Of a DNA stretch of 64,000 nucleotides, positions 25,980 to 37,926 are shown in pieces. A program made the position numbers and the translations under genes. The DNA comes from Haliotis cracherodii. Lineage: Eukaryota. The notes beneath the pieces were generated by a model. That model did no database searches and was not told the origin of the DNA. It saw only the letters and a program-made list of their open reading frames with translations. The stretch covers positions 15,376,001 through 15,440,000 of the forward strand of contig NW_027266270.1 of NCBI RefSeq assembly GCF_022045235.1, written 5' to 3'. The first letter of the stretch is position 1. Every line of letters begins with the position of its first letter.

Positions 25980-28612
25980 AACGGAGCGTGTCAATACATG
26001 CTTGAAATTATAAACCAAAATAAGTACAAGCAATCAATACCTGTTTGCCTTTGACTCTACTTGCTTGTCAGAATTGTAAGAGGTCTCTTATATTTGCCAT
26101 CTTTTTGTATCCCGCCTTTCCATCAATAACGACAAGCTAGCGATTTTGTTAGTTCATCTTCGTCTTGTTTCTAACAAACAACAAGCCCCCATGGTAAACA
26201 CCCAGACGTCTAAACATTTCGATAAGGAATATTTTTCTAACAACGATGTGCTTCTTAACAAAGTATACATCGGAACCCAGTGATTCAGTTATCTATTTTA
26301 AGAAATACTTGTAAGCAGTGTTTACATCACAGCGACTAGAGTTATCTCCCCTATGTTCTTGCTCTTCCCATCACCGTTGGAATCCATGTTCATTGAATAC
26401 TTCAGTCTCTCAACATAACGCGCCCGACACATCGTGCAGATTACCCCCATTGAGCTTTGACTTGAATAACACATTCCGTTCTTCGCATCGGACAGTTATC
26501 AGCTAGTCACGTAACTAAAACAAACTTTCTGATACGAAAAGGCAATCGATTGGGGTAGTATTTGTAGAATTTACACCGCTAGCTGGCATTGGCTTTTGTC
26601 TTACAACCGACACAATGGTAAGGGGAAAAGTGGTATTTAGAGAACTAACTCTTCAAAAAAATCGCCGAGAATGTTATCCGAACTTGAGGAGACAGCACGA
26701 TGCCTCGAAAACTAACACTGAGACAGGAACACAAACGAATTCTTTGAACAAAAGCTAAGGTAGAAGAAAAATTAGCATATTTGGGGCACGGATGTCCCAG
26801 TCGTCTAAGGCGCCGTGATTCGCTGTGCAGAGTTGCGTCCCTTGGGCACGCAAGAAACCGATGATTGTGGGGTCGAATCCCGGTTCGCCCCAATTATGTT
26901 TCAAGGTTTGTCAGCACCATACCCGTGCTCGTGGGTTTCACCGAAGTGGTAAATGTCTGAGACCTGCATCACTTCGAGCTTTCCTCCAACATTAAGCTGA
27001 CACGCCGTGATATAACTGGAATACTGTTAAAAGCGGCCGTAAACCCAACTCACTCACCACATTATTATTTAGTTAGGTATTAATTTCGTCGTTAAAATTG
27101 TTGGACATTTTCCAATCAAATGTTATACAGTGACGTCACTGACATACATATTCAAAATTCGTAGATGTCATTGGTTGGTGACTGTCAGATTGACTGTGGT
27201 TTGTTTCGTTTCATTTTACAATCTTGGATCTTGGGCACATTTCTCACCGAGTCGATTCATACAAAAACACCAATGCATCTTCCAGTGTTATTCAATTCCA
27301 ATAAGAAATCGACGAAAATGTGATCCGAATACGAGGAGACAACCCGATGCTTCGGGAACTAACAAGATAACTGGAACATAAATGAAGTCTTGGACAGATA
27401 ATCTATGGTGGAAGAAAGGTTATCCACACGGGACAGTAAGACTACACACAGAACCCTGTGTGGAGTTCACCACATTATATTTTAGTAAAGTATTAATTGA
27501 TCGCTCTAACTGATAGACACTTTCCCATCAAACGTTAAGAGAGACGCCACCGGTTTTTAAAACAAAACTCGTATATGTTCATTGGGCTGCAGTTTGTTTA
27601 CGTTCATTTTACGATCTTGGAACTTGTGCTCATATTTCTGAGAAACAGCAAAGCACCAATGCATCTTCCAATTTAATTTGATTCCAATAAAATATCTAAA
27701 TTAATCATTAATATTATTTATGATTCCAAACGAAAACAAAAAATACAGCCAGGAACAGAAATAAAGTCGTTGAAAAACAATCTATGGCAGATGAAAGGTA
27801 AGCCACGGGAGACAGTCAGATTACATGCATAACCCTGTGTGGAGTTCACCCCATTATTATTTAGCAAGTATTAATTGGTCGATCAAATGGTTGAGAGTTT
27901 TTCAACTGAACGTTAATATAGGACTTGACTGACATACAAGTACATAATTGTGGCTGTTCACTCGACGGTGGTTTGTTTTCGCCGAAAGTTATAACCCAAG
28001 AACATTTATCAGCAATAAATGATGCAAAACGACAAATCCATTAAAATGCAACGTTTGTGGTGGCAAGGATATGTTCAATGGGAGGAACAGAACCAGAGAA
28101 AATAGACATCAGGTCTGCATCAGGGGACTTCGTGTATCTCCCTGATCCAGCAGGTCGTCCAACTTGATAGCCGAAGAACATTTATCCGCATTAAATGATG
28201 CAAACACGCTAAATTCATGTAAGTCTAAATACAATATGGCCATGTACTTGGTTGCAAAACGAGCAAGGTAACGTCTGTGTTGGCAAGAATAAGTTCAAGG
28301 GGAGGAACAGAACCAGAGAAACCAGACATCAGGTCTTCATTAGGTGACCTTTGATATTTACATGCTCCAGCGGATGGCTATTGAATGTGGTAACTATTGG
28401 TGAATAACACGATGGAACTAACATCAAATACGAATACAAAAAACGACACAGGGAAACACCTAGTGAGGTTTAGAGCTAATAAAATATTAAACGGATTTGT
28501 GACCACTTGTGTCAAACCGGGACAAACCGATTGGCGACTTATGCCCCTCTCGTGATTATCTTATCAACTTGATTCCGTCTTCGGGCATAACGACAGCATT
28601 AATCAATATGCT
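25980..28612 (+). pseudogene. Array copy 2: partial segment B with internal ~370-bp triplication; truncated at a SINE
   Basis: Clear homology to 30970-32270 and 60180-62070. Repeated blocks start near 26650, 27300 and 27700. Confidence 0.6.
26783..27057 (+). mobile_element. SINE family V, full length, inside segment B
   Basis: Matches the other copies. About 45 bp of target sequence is missing relative to paralogous B copies. Confidence 0.9.
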
Positions 28613-28615
28613 TGT

Positions 28616-28771
28616 CGGTCGGGTAGCCTTGTGGTTAAAGCTTCGCTCGTCACACCGAAGATCCGGTTCGATCCCCGACATTGGTACAATATGTGAAGCC
28701 CTTTTCTGGTGTCCCTCGCAGTGATATTGCTGGAATATTGCTAAAAGCGGCATAAAACCGCACTCACTCAC
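28616..28771 (+). mobile_element. SINE family D at the truncation point of copy 2
   Basis: Matches 50535-50698. Confidence 0.85.
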
Positions 28772-30595
28772 TAGAGGGTTGGCTAAGACACCATTCGAAT
28801 TACAAGAAAAGGGCAATTTCCTTCAAAGAAGTACGAGCGTAACCTATAGATGTGACCTACATGTATATCTCCTGATTCGAGTAAATTGGCACAGCACATC
28901 TTCTGTAGAACCCTACATACAACTAGACGGCTGCCTTTCTCTAAGGCATCAAAGAAGGTATAACCTTATGGTGAAAACATTATGGTGAAATGGACAGACT
29001 GTTCAGTCTGCAATGTGCGCTATACACGACTAATCTACAAACTGTAATTATTATTAGATACATGCTTTTTAGAGAAAAGAAAAAGGTACATGTGTGAATG
29101 AATAAAAATAAACTAGAACATTCACAACCTCCTAGGATGACATAATACCTACAGACAACGTCAGGTTTTAAGGCGATGTTTCAGTCTGGGTCGAACTCTC
29201 TGTCTTTGATAAAAGCTTTTTAAGTGAAATTAATTAGTCTGTCTGTTTGAACGTTTTTCCATTTGCGATCCAGATGGTCCAATTGTATTCCCTAGACATC
29301 CAAAGCTAAGTTTTCAGTCCTGTAAAGGTTCCCATATGCCGTCTCTTTGATCATAATTGCCAATCTCACAGCCATACCAGCTTGGATACCATGTGCAGGA
29401 TAATCTTTAGTGAGATATATGCCACCCGCTAATCTGTCAGGCTTGATGTTGATGATGGAGATGAATCACACGCACGTATCCAACCTATTAATCAGAATGC
29501 AGAGCATGTAAGTGGCTGTCATAATTCAAACAAAAATCATATAATGAAGACAACTAGGCACAAACACATGTCTTGTTTCCTTCATGGATGTCCGGACACG
29601 AAATGTGTTCAACCAGACCACGTTAACTTGTGCACATGTCCTCGTGCTGGTCAGGTCCAGATAGTCAGAGGGGAAACACACTGGCCTTGCACGCAGGGGT
29701 TCGTCAAGGTGATGCATAGCTTCATCAACTTGTGTTGTACACAGCTGAGAAACTGCATGGACACTCATACACATTCGCATGATGACCTCACATAAGACAT
29801 TAAACGGCTTAACAACCCAATTCGGTTACTATGTTTAATGGGGTAAATTATTTGTAGTGCTCTTTGGCCATGTCATGCAGTGTAAATACACTCCAGCACT
29901 CGCAACCTCACTGAAGTACCTTTATGGCCAGTTAGTATGTTCTGCCGTGTTGAGCATAAGGTATGTAAGAAATATCTTGTCTGTCTTTGAAAAGATATAT
30001 TTGACACGGTGAACATAAGATAGGCTAACGAAATAAATTTCAAGTCTCGAAAACCTATCAATTCAAGATCTGCTTTATCGCTAAATCGCCTGACCTTTGG
30101 TACTTCAGTCCCTAGAACAACTTACTCGTTCGATGAAAACCAGATTTTGGGCAACATAAAACGGAAACAGATACCTCACATTCATTAAAAATGAAGCAAT
30201 TCTTTGTTATTTAACCACTTCACAAAATACATCTCTTCCTATCTTCATATCTTTTATTGATCTATCTAGAACATGTATTAATTTCAAAAACAGACTGCAA
30301 TATCAGCTATTTAAGTTTAACTTTCTGAATCCTCTAAAAAGAACTTTTTTTTCAATCTCTGTTGAAACATTATGTCATGACATCTAGGTTTCCATAGTGA
30401 ATTGCCCATGGAAAATAGTTAATAAGGTATATTAAGATTGCAATAGCGTGTCCTGGTTCCAGGGTGAAATCTACCATTTTTGAGATGTGTTCTTGAAACC
30501 CTTTTACTCAAACAGACATTGTGTTCATGAACTGTTGACGATTGAGCTAAGACAAAACAAAAATGTCAAAAACATAATATAGAAATAACCCATGT

Positions 30596-30980
30596 GTGAG
30601 GTGAGGTGAGGTGAGGTGAGGTGAGGTGAGGTGAGGTGAGGTGAGGTGAAATGGGGTTTAACGTCCCCTTTAAGATTATTTAACTTATATAGCAACATTC
30701 ATGCACGTGTGTTTGTGTCTGTTTGTACTAGTCCGGAATCATGCCAGTTTTATAGTGATAGCCCCCTGAGATAACATAACCTCAGTTTAACACAGCTACC
30801 ACACTCGGGGTACTTACTGTGCCTACTGGCCGTCCAGTCCTTGTTTCATCACGTTAATGCCGAACGCCAGCCAGGGTACCAGCAAGTACCATCATTGAAC
30901 GCTTGTTGATCGGCCAGTTGATCGAACCATCGACCTTCCGCTCTCCGGGCAGATGCTTTATCTACTTGACAACGGAGTGT
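30596..30980 (-). mobile_element. SINE family C with expanded (GTGAG)n tail; paralogous copy at 59846-60175
   Basis: Homology to 8425-8734; pentamer run at 30596-30648. Confidence 0.75.
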
Positions 30981-33684
30981 GTCAATACATGTTTCAAATT
31001 ATTAAACAAAACTAGTACAAGTAACCAATACTGGTAGCCTCTAATTGCCAGTCAGTAATGAAAGAGTCCTCACCATTTTATTTGCTGGTTATTCGTATGC
31101 TCCTTTATGCTCCTCTATGGTCATAACCCAAATGTCTCAATATTTTTCTCAAACAACGATGTGCTTCTTAACAAAGTATTCATCCGAACTCAGTGTTTAA
31201 GCTATCTGTTTTAGACATACTTGTAAGCTGTTTACATCACATCGACTAGAGATATCTCCCTGATGTTCTTGCTCTTCCCATCTCCGTTGGAAGCCATGTT
31301 AATTGAATATCCCAATCCGTCAACAAACCACGCCCGTCATATCGTACATATTACCCCACTGATCTTTGACTTGAATAACACATTCAGTTTTTCTCATAGC
31401 ACAGTAATCAGCTAGTGACGTAACTAAAGCAAACTTCCTGATACGAAAAGGCAATCGATTGGAGGTAGTATTTGTAGAATTTATACCGCTAGCTGACATC
31501 GGATTCGTCTTCCAGTGACACAATGCTGAAGGGAAAACCGATATTTAGAGAACAAAATATTCGATTCAAGTCAGAGGTAATCGCGGGAATGTGATCCAAA
31601 TACGAGGAGACCTGATGCCTCTAAATGACTGGAACATAAATCGATTATTTGAACGAGAATCTATTGTAGTGTTCAGAGTTAACCACATTATTATTTAGTT
31701 ATTATAAGTATTAATTGGTCGCTAAAACGGTTGTAAGTTTTTCAACTGGACGTTAATATAGAACTTGACTGGCTCACAAGTACAAACTTTGTAGCTGTTC
31801 ACTCGACTGTGATTATTTTTCGTCCAACTTGATAGAAAATGAACATTTATCCGCATTATAAATTAAATGATGCAAACACGTAATCCATGTAAGTCTAAAT
31901 ACAATATGGCCTTGCAAAATGGTTGCAAAACGAGCAAGGTAACGTCTGTGTTGGCAAGGGAAAGTTCAAGGGGAGGAACAGAACCAGTGAAACCAGACAT
32001 CAGGTCTTCATTACGTGTCCTTTGATATTTACATGCTCCAGCGGATGGCTATTGAATGTTGTAACTGTTAGTAAAATCACGGTGAACGTAACATTAAATG
32101 AACAAAAAGACGACATCGCTAACACCGAGTGACGTTTAGAGCTAACAACATATCAAACGGATTCGTGAACAATCGTGTCATTTCGTGACAATCTGATTGC
32201 CGACTTGCGCCCATCTCGTGGTTAATTTGATCAACTTCGTTTTTTAACGAACACATCACTCAACATGTTGTCCCACGTCCGCCTTTGTCTTGGTTCCTTA
32301 CATGGATAATAATATAATCGGTGTCTCGGCCATTGGAAATGGAAATTCTGCTGTTTGTAAAAAAGGAATTGACAAATTCGTTACTTTCGAGATAGAACAG
32401 GTTTTACGTCTGTAGTGTCGTTTTGCAAGTTGACGTGTTCTTTGTCTTTGTCATTCAATGAGGCTTTTGACTTGGTTGTGTTTGAGATCAGGACACATAG
32501 AACACGACCGCTCTCCTTTCGTCTACAAACTATTTAAAGCCTATCTCAAAATAACGTCAAAGTTGACAGGTTGCGTTAATGTGAAGCTGATGCAAGTTAC
32601 AACTATGGAGAATTTGGATCCCATGTTTGGCAACCATGACCGTGCATCCTCAGCAGACGGCGCCCATGACGCTTGTAGTGTGTGTTCTCCTCTCTGTCTG
32701 TTGTTTCAAGACCGACCGACATATTGTTCACTTGAGAGGGGGTTATAAGGGCACACGGGAATATTTGGAGAGCAAAGAGTTAGAATTAAGAGACTTGGCA
32801 GACAATGTTTACAGTTCCATACATAAAGCATGCTCTTGCAATATGTAATATAGATGTATGATCAAGCGTCTGTCTGTGCCTGACGGTTTGATAAAGTAGC
32901 CGGTAAGTGTTTGACGAATGCTAACAACTATGCTATCTCTCGCCAGGATATAATTTCAACATTCCAGAGGACACGATCTCGTAGAACTATGGATTAGGCG
33001 TTGCCGGTATGTGTTGACGAAGGTGCATGTTTTAGAAGCCGTAAAGGTCAAATAGATTTCGCGTTAATGCCATAATTCTTTATGACTGAATGTCTAGCAG
33101 ATGAAGACCGCAGTGGAATCCACACATACAGTCATGAAGACGACAAATTGATATGGTGATATGGAATGTGCAGCTTTCCCTTTTAAGACAACTTAGCGAT
33201 AACCGTTCTAGCCACTCCGCAACAGGCATTCTTAAACTTGCCGGATGTAAAAAATTAGGTTTTAAATCTTTAACGATGCGTTTATTGTGGCTTAAGAAAA
33301 ATATATTGATTGACCTAGATAGCTAAATAAGGTCGATCAAATAGATATTGGTCCGAGGACTGTTTACTTCGTTGGAGGTATCAGTACTACCTAAACACAA
33401 CAGGTAGTCAATTACGTGCACGCAGAATCGGTATATCGCATTACGCCTTTCTGTTAATCAGCCCATTGGCAAGGAGTATCGAGCAGACTGCTCTTGCAGA
33501 TGTAATGCGTAGCATTGTCAATTATAAGGAAGTAACATGTCTGGTTCCCTTACGTTCCCATTAAGAGTATGTTGGTATTCCGTGACACCGTGAACCTTGG
33601 CTACACTATCTGTGGTATTCGGGATGACATGTACATGGTTTGAATTCCAATTCGTCTCATGGTCAGTTTGCCGTCATTGCACTC

Positions 33685-33940
33685 ATATCACCACCATCAC
33701 CATCACCATCATCATCGCAATCACGACTTTCATCACTATCGCCACAATCACAAAAAACATTACCCACATCACACCTCCACTCATCACCATCACAGCTATC
33801 TCCTCCATTCCTAGTAATAACCACCATCACTTTCATCCTGTCATCACCACTATCTCCACTCTCCCGACCTGATCTCCACAATCCATACATCACCACTATC
33901 TCTACCGCCATCACAGACATCACCACCACAACCACTGTCA
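33685..33940. repeat. CAC/CAT-rich low-complexity intron start (paralogs at 41850-42110, 50300-50530, 63600-63707)
   Basis: Follows the segment B donor in each copy. Confidence 0.8.
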
Positions 33941-35075
33941 GAAAACATTCCCACACGAGCATACAGCCCAACTGCAATTTAATGTTTAAATAATTTAAAA
34001 CTGATAAAGGTATCTGAAAGCCTGAGTATGTAGATGCTCTAGTACTGTATGTCCTTTTAGCCAACGTGTTTCGATGCAAGGTTTCTATTCATAAAAAAAG
34101 TAATTTTGTTTTGGGGCCTTATTTCGTTTAGGCCCATATTACAACTAAAATTGAACCAAAAGCAGTGCTGCCTGGGAATTATTATAAACACGTAGCCATT
34201 TAACCTACATTTAATTGTGAAACCCTCAGTCAACATCAGAAGAAATAGGGTGTGAATCTTACAATGTGTAAAAAGCGATAAATATTTACATCGAAAAAAT
34301 ATTCAACAATTTCCCTCAGAAATTCGAGAAACGCCGGGGGTAAAACCTGACGTGTCTCCGATAATTGTCTGACAGAGAACGGGGCTCACTCACACATTAA
34401 TAACTTTCACATTTAAATTTTCTCAGCATGAAAGAAGTCAATTAAGCGCCTTATGGCTTGACAAGAAACTTTACCTTTAGGTAAAAGACTGGTAAGCCGG
34501 CTTGTAAGCGTGTCAAACAAATTAGAGGGTCATTCAGAAGACGAAGCCTGTGTTGTTTATGGCATAATGCAAGATATTGAAACATGATACGTCCCTGACA
34601 TGATCGATGTCCTAAACGCATTCTCTTATCAACCACGACCTGTTTTTCCTTAGTTATGTCCTGTTCACCGATAAGTCAAATTTGCGACAAATTAGCCGCT
34701 GGTAACTATTTCATCGCTGGAACACCTCCGTCTACGAGAGATTAAAGAAACCCGTGTATACGTTAAAACACAAATTAATAGCGAAAGCGTGGAATCTTCT
34801 ACATAAGTGACCACGTGACCTAAATCAGAGGGGTTAGTAGTGTCAAATAGGTTCCGTATCTCATGAATATTTATACAGTTCTTGACCTCTTGACCTGAGG
34901 TCGTATTCAAATGGAGTACGAAATTACCACGTCTATTTTTTATCTCTGAAAATGAAGAGCGATAGAAAAGCTGATTTTCTGGTTTCAATCCGAGACTCGG
35001 CCTGTTACAAGACTTGAATCAAGGAACATGACAATGTTTGTATTACTGCTCCCACAGAGTGCTACCATTTCAGCT

Positions 35076-35227
35076 NNNNNNNNNNNNNNNNNNNNNNNNN
35101 NNNNNNNNNNNNNNNNNNNNNNNNNNNNNNNNNNNNNNNNNNNNNNNNNNNNNNNNNNNNNNNNNNNNNNNNNNNNNNNNNNNNNNNNNNNNNNNNNNNN
35201 NNNNNNNNNNNNNNNNNNNNNNNNNNN
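35076..35227. other. Assembly gap
   Basis: Run of N. Confidence 0.99.
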
Positions 35228-36160
35228 NGGGCTTTCAGGTAATATTACGTAAAACCTCCTCAGTCAGGACCCCGTTAGTCCACAAATATGGGGAAAATGG
35301 AGATTTATGATACATTTTTCACAACATTACATGCCGTATTTGCATTAAGAAAGTGTAAAAATGAACTTTGCAGTTGTGTATTAAATTCCGTTGTATTGAA
35401 TCAGATCTTGTGTTCTTGTGTACTTTGATTATAATTTACAGTAGAGCCTCTGCACAAAGAGGTGATCCCCAATTTTGCGCGTATTAATGCATATAGTCAC
35501 ATTCCAATGTAACCATGGTTAGTTAATACGAAAATCCTGACGATTTAAGTGTGGCCGCCACAGTCCAGATCAATCAGATCCCTCATTGAATTTCCAAATT
35601 CAACACTGTGTTCATCAAACATGGAACCGGCTAAGGTTACAAGATACATGTGTCCCTTATTTATTGGGGTTTGCAATATCACTAACATCAACTCCTTTCC
35701 TCAATATCTGGTGGAAACTGTAAAAGTAAAATACTGAAGGAAGGCAACTGAAACTTCAAAAGTGCTCTCAAATACAATATAAGAAAACATAGGAACTTAG
35801 AGATGGTGTACTAACACCAAAGCAAAGTATCGTAGTGTTTAAAATAAATCTAAAACATTTGAGAAACAACTCACGATTGTATGTAACTGTGTCGTTAAGT
35901 CACCGAGCACAGCGTTAGTTCGTGTGAATGAGCGTATATTAAAGTGTAACACCATTAATCAGCATCCCAGTTGGTGTTTCACCACACTCAAAAGTCAACG
36001 CGGTTCGAGTTATATGTTGCTTTGCTGTGGGTTCAAGTCATCGACAGATGCCCAGAATGATTTGTCAGTCCGAGGAGTACAGGAATCCCTTGGCACTACC
36101 CGTGAACAAACACCAAAGCAACGTGTGCGAAGAGAAGGCGCACTACAAATAAACGGGATG

Positions 36161-37140
36161 TATACTCTGCAACAAATGAAACGCAAAAATAGTGAAAAAG
36201 GAAATATTTGACAATCTGATTTGTGAGAAAAGAATGAGGTTCTGCAGAAATTTGTTGAAAAGATGGAAAAATCGCAAAAACACAACCAACGTGAGAGCCT
36301 GGCTCCGAAACACATCAACATGACAAGCACGTGCACAATCCCTTGTTGGGCAATAATAAAACGTTGGGTTTACATTTGCATGTCATCGCAATCTAATAGC
36401 AAGTGAACAAAGACATGCCACGACTGACGGAAGCCGAACGCAACAACGTCATCGGCTGACTGTAAACAGGAGAACAATCTTCAGCTGTAGCCAGGTTTAT
36501 CCACGTAGTACCAAGTACCATTACAAGACTGGAACCGTTATCAGACACAATGTACAATACGTGGCCTTCGCAGATCCGGTCGACTACGCATCACCACAAG
36601 AGCAGAGGACAGATTACTTACGTGAAAGAACCATCTCGGCCGCATCTACAACTACTACAATACTAGAATTGCGTAGGGTGTCATCCCAGACAGTGAGTAA
36701 GTTGGGTTTAACGCCGCTTTTAACACTATTAATATCGCGGCGTGCCAAGACAGTGAGGAACCGTTCGCGCGCTGAAGGTATTCGTGCTAGATGAACAGTT
36801 CAAGGTGTCATTTTGGCGGACCTGCATCGTCGGCTGTTCCGACAATGGTGTCAAGATCACAGAGTGTGGCCACAACTGCGATGGAGACAAGTTTGGTTTA
36901 GTGAGGAGTCACGTTTCATGTTTCGCCGTGCAGATGGTAGACGTCGTGTTTACAGCGTCGCGGGGAACATTATATACGAAACTGCATACGGGAAATGGAA
37001 AGATTTGGTGGTGGTAGTGTGATGATGTGGGTAGCCATCTCCTACAATGGTAGAACAGACATGGTGCAAGTTCCGGGGATTTAACGGCACAACGTTACAC
37101 GGAAGAGATTCTTCAGGTCCTGCCATAGCCATCCAGGTCT
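36161..37140 (+). mobile_element. Decayed Tc1-like transposon (left end plus disabled transposase)
   Basis: ATG at 36415: MPRLTEAERNNVIG... (HTH), WRQVWFSEESRF, GGGSVMMWVAISYNGRT. A SINE tail is inserted at 36698-36747 (TSD AGACAGTGAG). No right TIR seen. Confidence 0.85.
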
Positions 37141-37776
37141 CCAGATTTAAACCCAATAAAAACATTTATTACTTGCCCGTGAAGAGATCACCCGTTTAAT
37201 AAACATACAGCTGTATTACACATTGTGTAATACCAAAACGCGTACTTATGTACTCTCGGAACACGTTTCACGAAAAATATTGAAAGCTCTCAACATCCCT
37301 TGGCTTATTCAACGACATTGCGTGTGGAGATGATAGATCACTGAGAGGAGCTTAAGCACACTCGATGACCACAGCAACCTTGTTGCTAGGCTGACGTCAC
37401 ATGGCATTGTTTCGCCGAAGGATCTTGCAACAAAATCCCACAAATTACGTCATCGGGTATTGTGACGTGATTGTAAACTTTGAGGTGCAAGGCCCCGTTC
37501 TACAAGGCGATCGTGCTGTAGCGCAACGACAGTCGTTGGTCTAAGTTTAAGTATGTGAGTTGCGATAACCTTAACGATACGATAATTTTGTGGAACGGAC
37601 GCCTGAATTCTAAAGGTAGACCGTTGTATGGTATTAAATTCATACGTTTCAACTTTTGACGTGTTTGAAGTATTATTCTGTTAAACTCAATTGTATTATG
37701 CCGTGGATCGTGCAGGTGTCAGCCTATTTACACTCGACAGTATAATTCTAAAAAAGTTTTAAAAGGCAAGTAATAA

Positions 37777-37926
37777 ATAAAATACTAAACTCGCTACCGT
37801 GTAAAACCAATTTTATGAAACTCGTGAATAGTTGTGGTATCTGACTCGCTTTCGCTCGTCAAATACCACAACTATTCACTCGTTTCATAAAATTGGTATT
37901 ACACGGGAGCTCGTTTAGTATTCTAT
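37777..37926. mobile_element. ~150-bp near-perfect palindromic non-autonomous element
   Basis: Arms AATACTAAAC...GAATAGTTGTGGTAT / ATACCACAACTATTC...GTTTAGTATT around the CTCGCTTTCGCTCG centre. Confidence 0.7.

Noticed and set aside
33597-34079. His/Thr-rich ORFs here and at 41805-42233 and 50259-50549
   Set aside because: Low-complexity intronic sequence after a splice donor; the frame is not conserved between copies.
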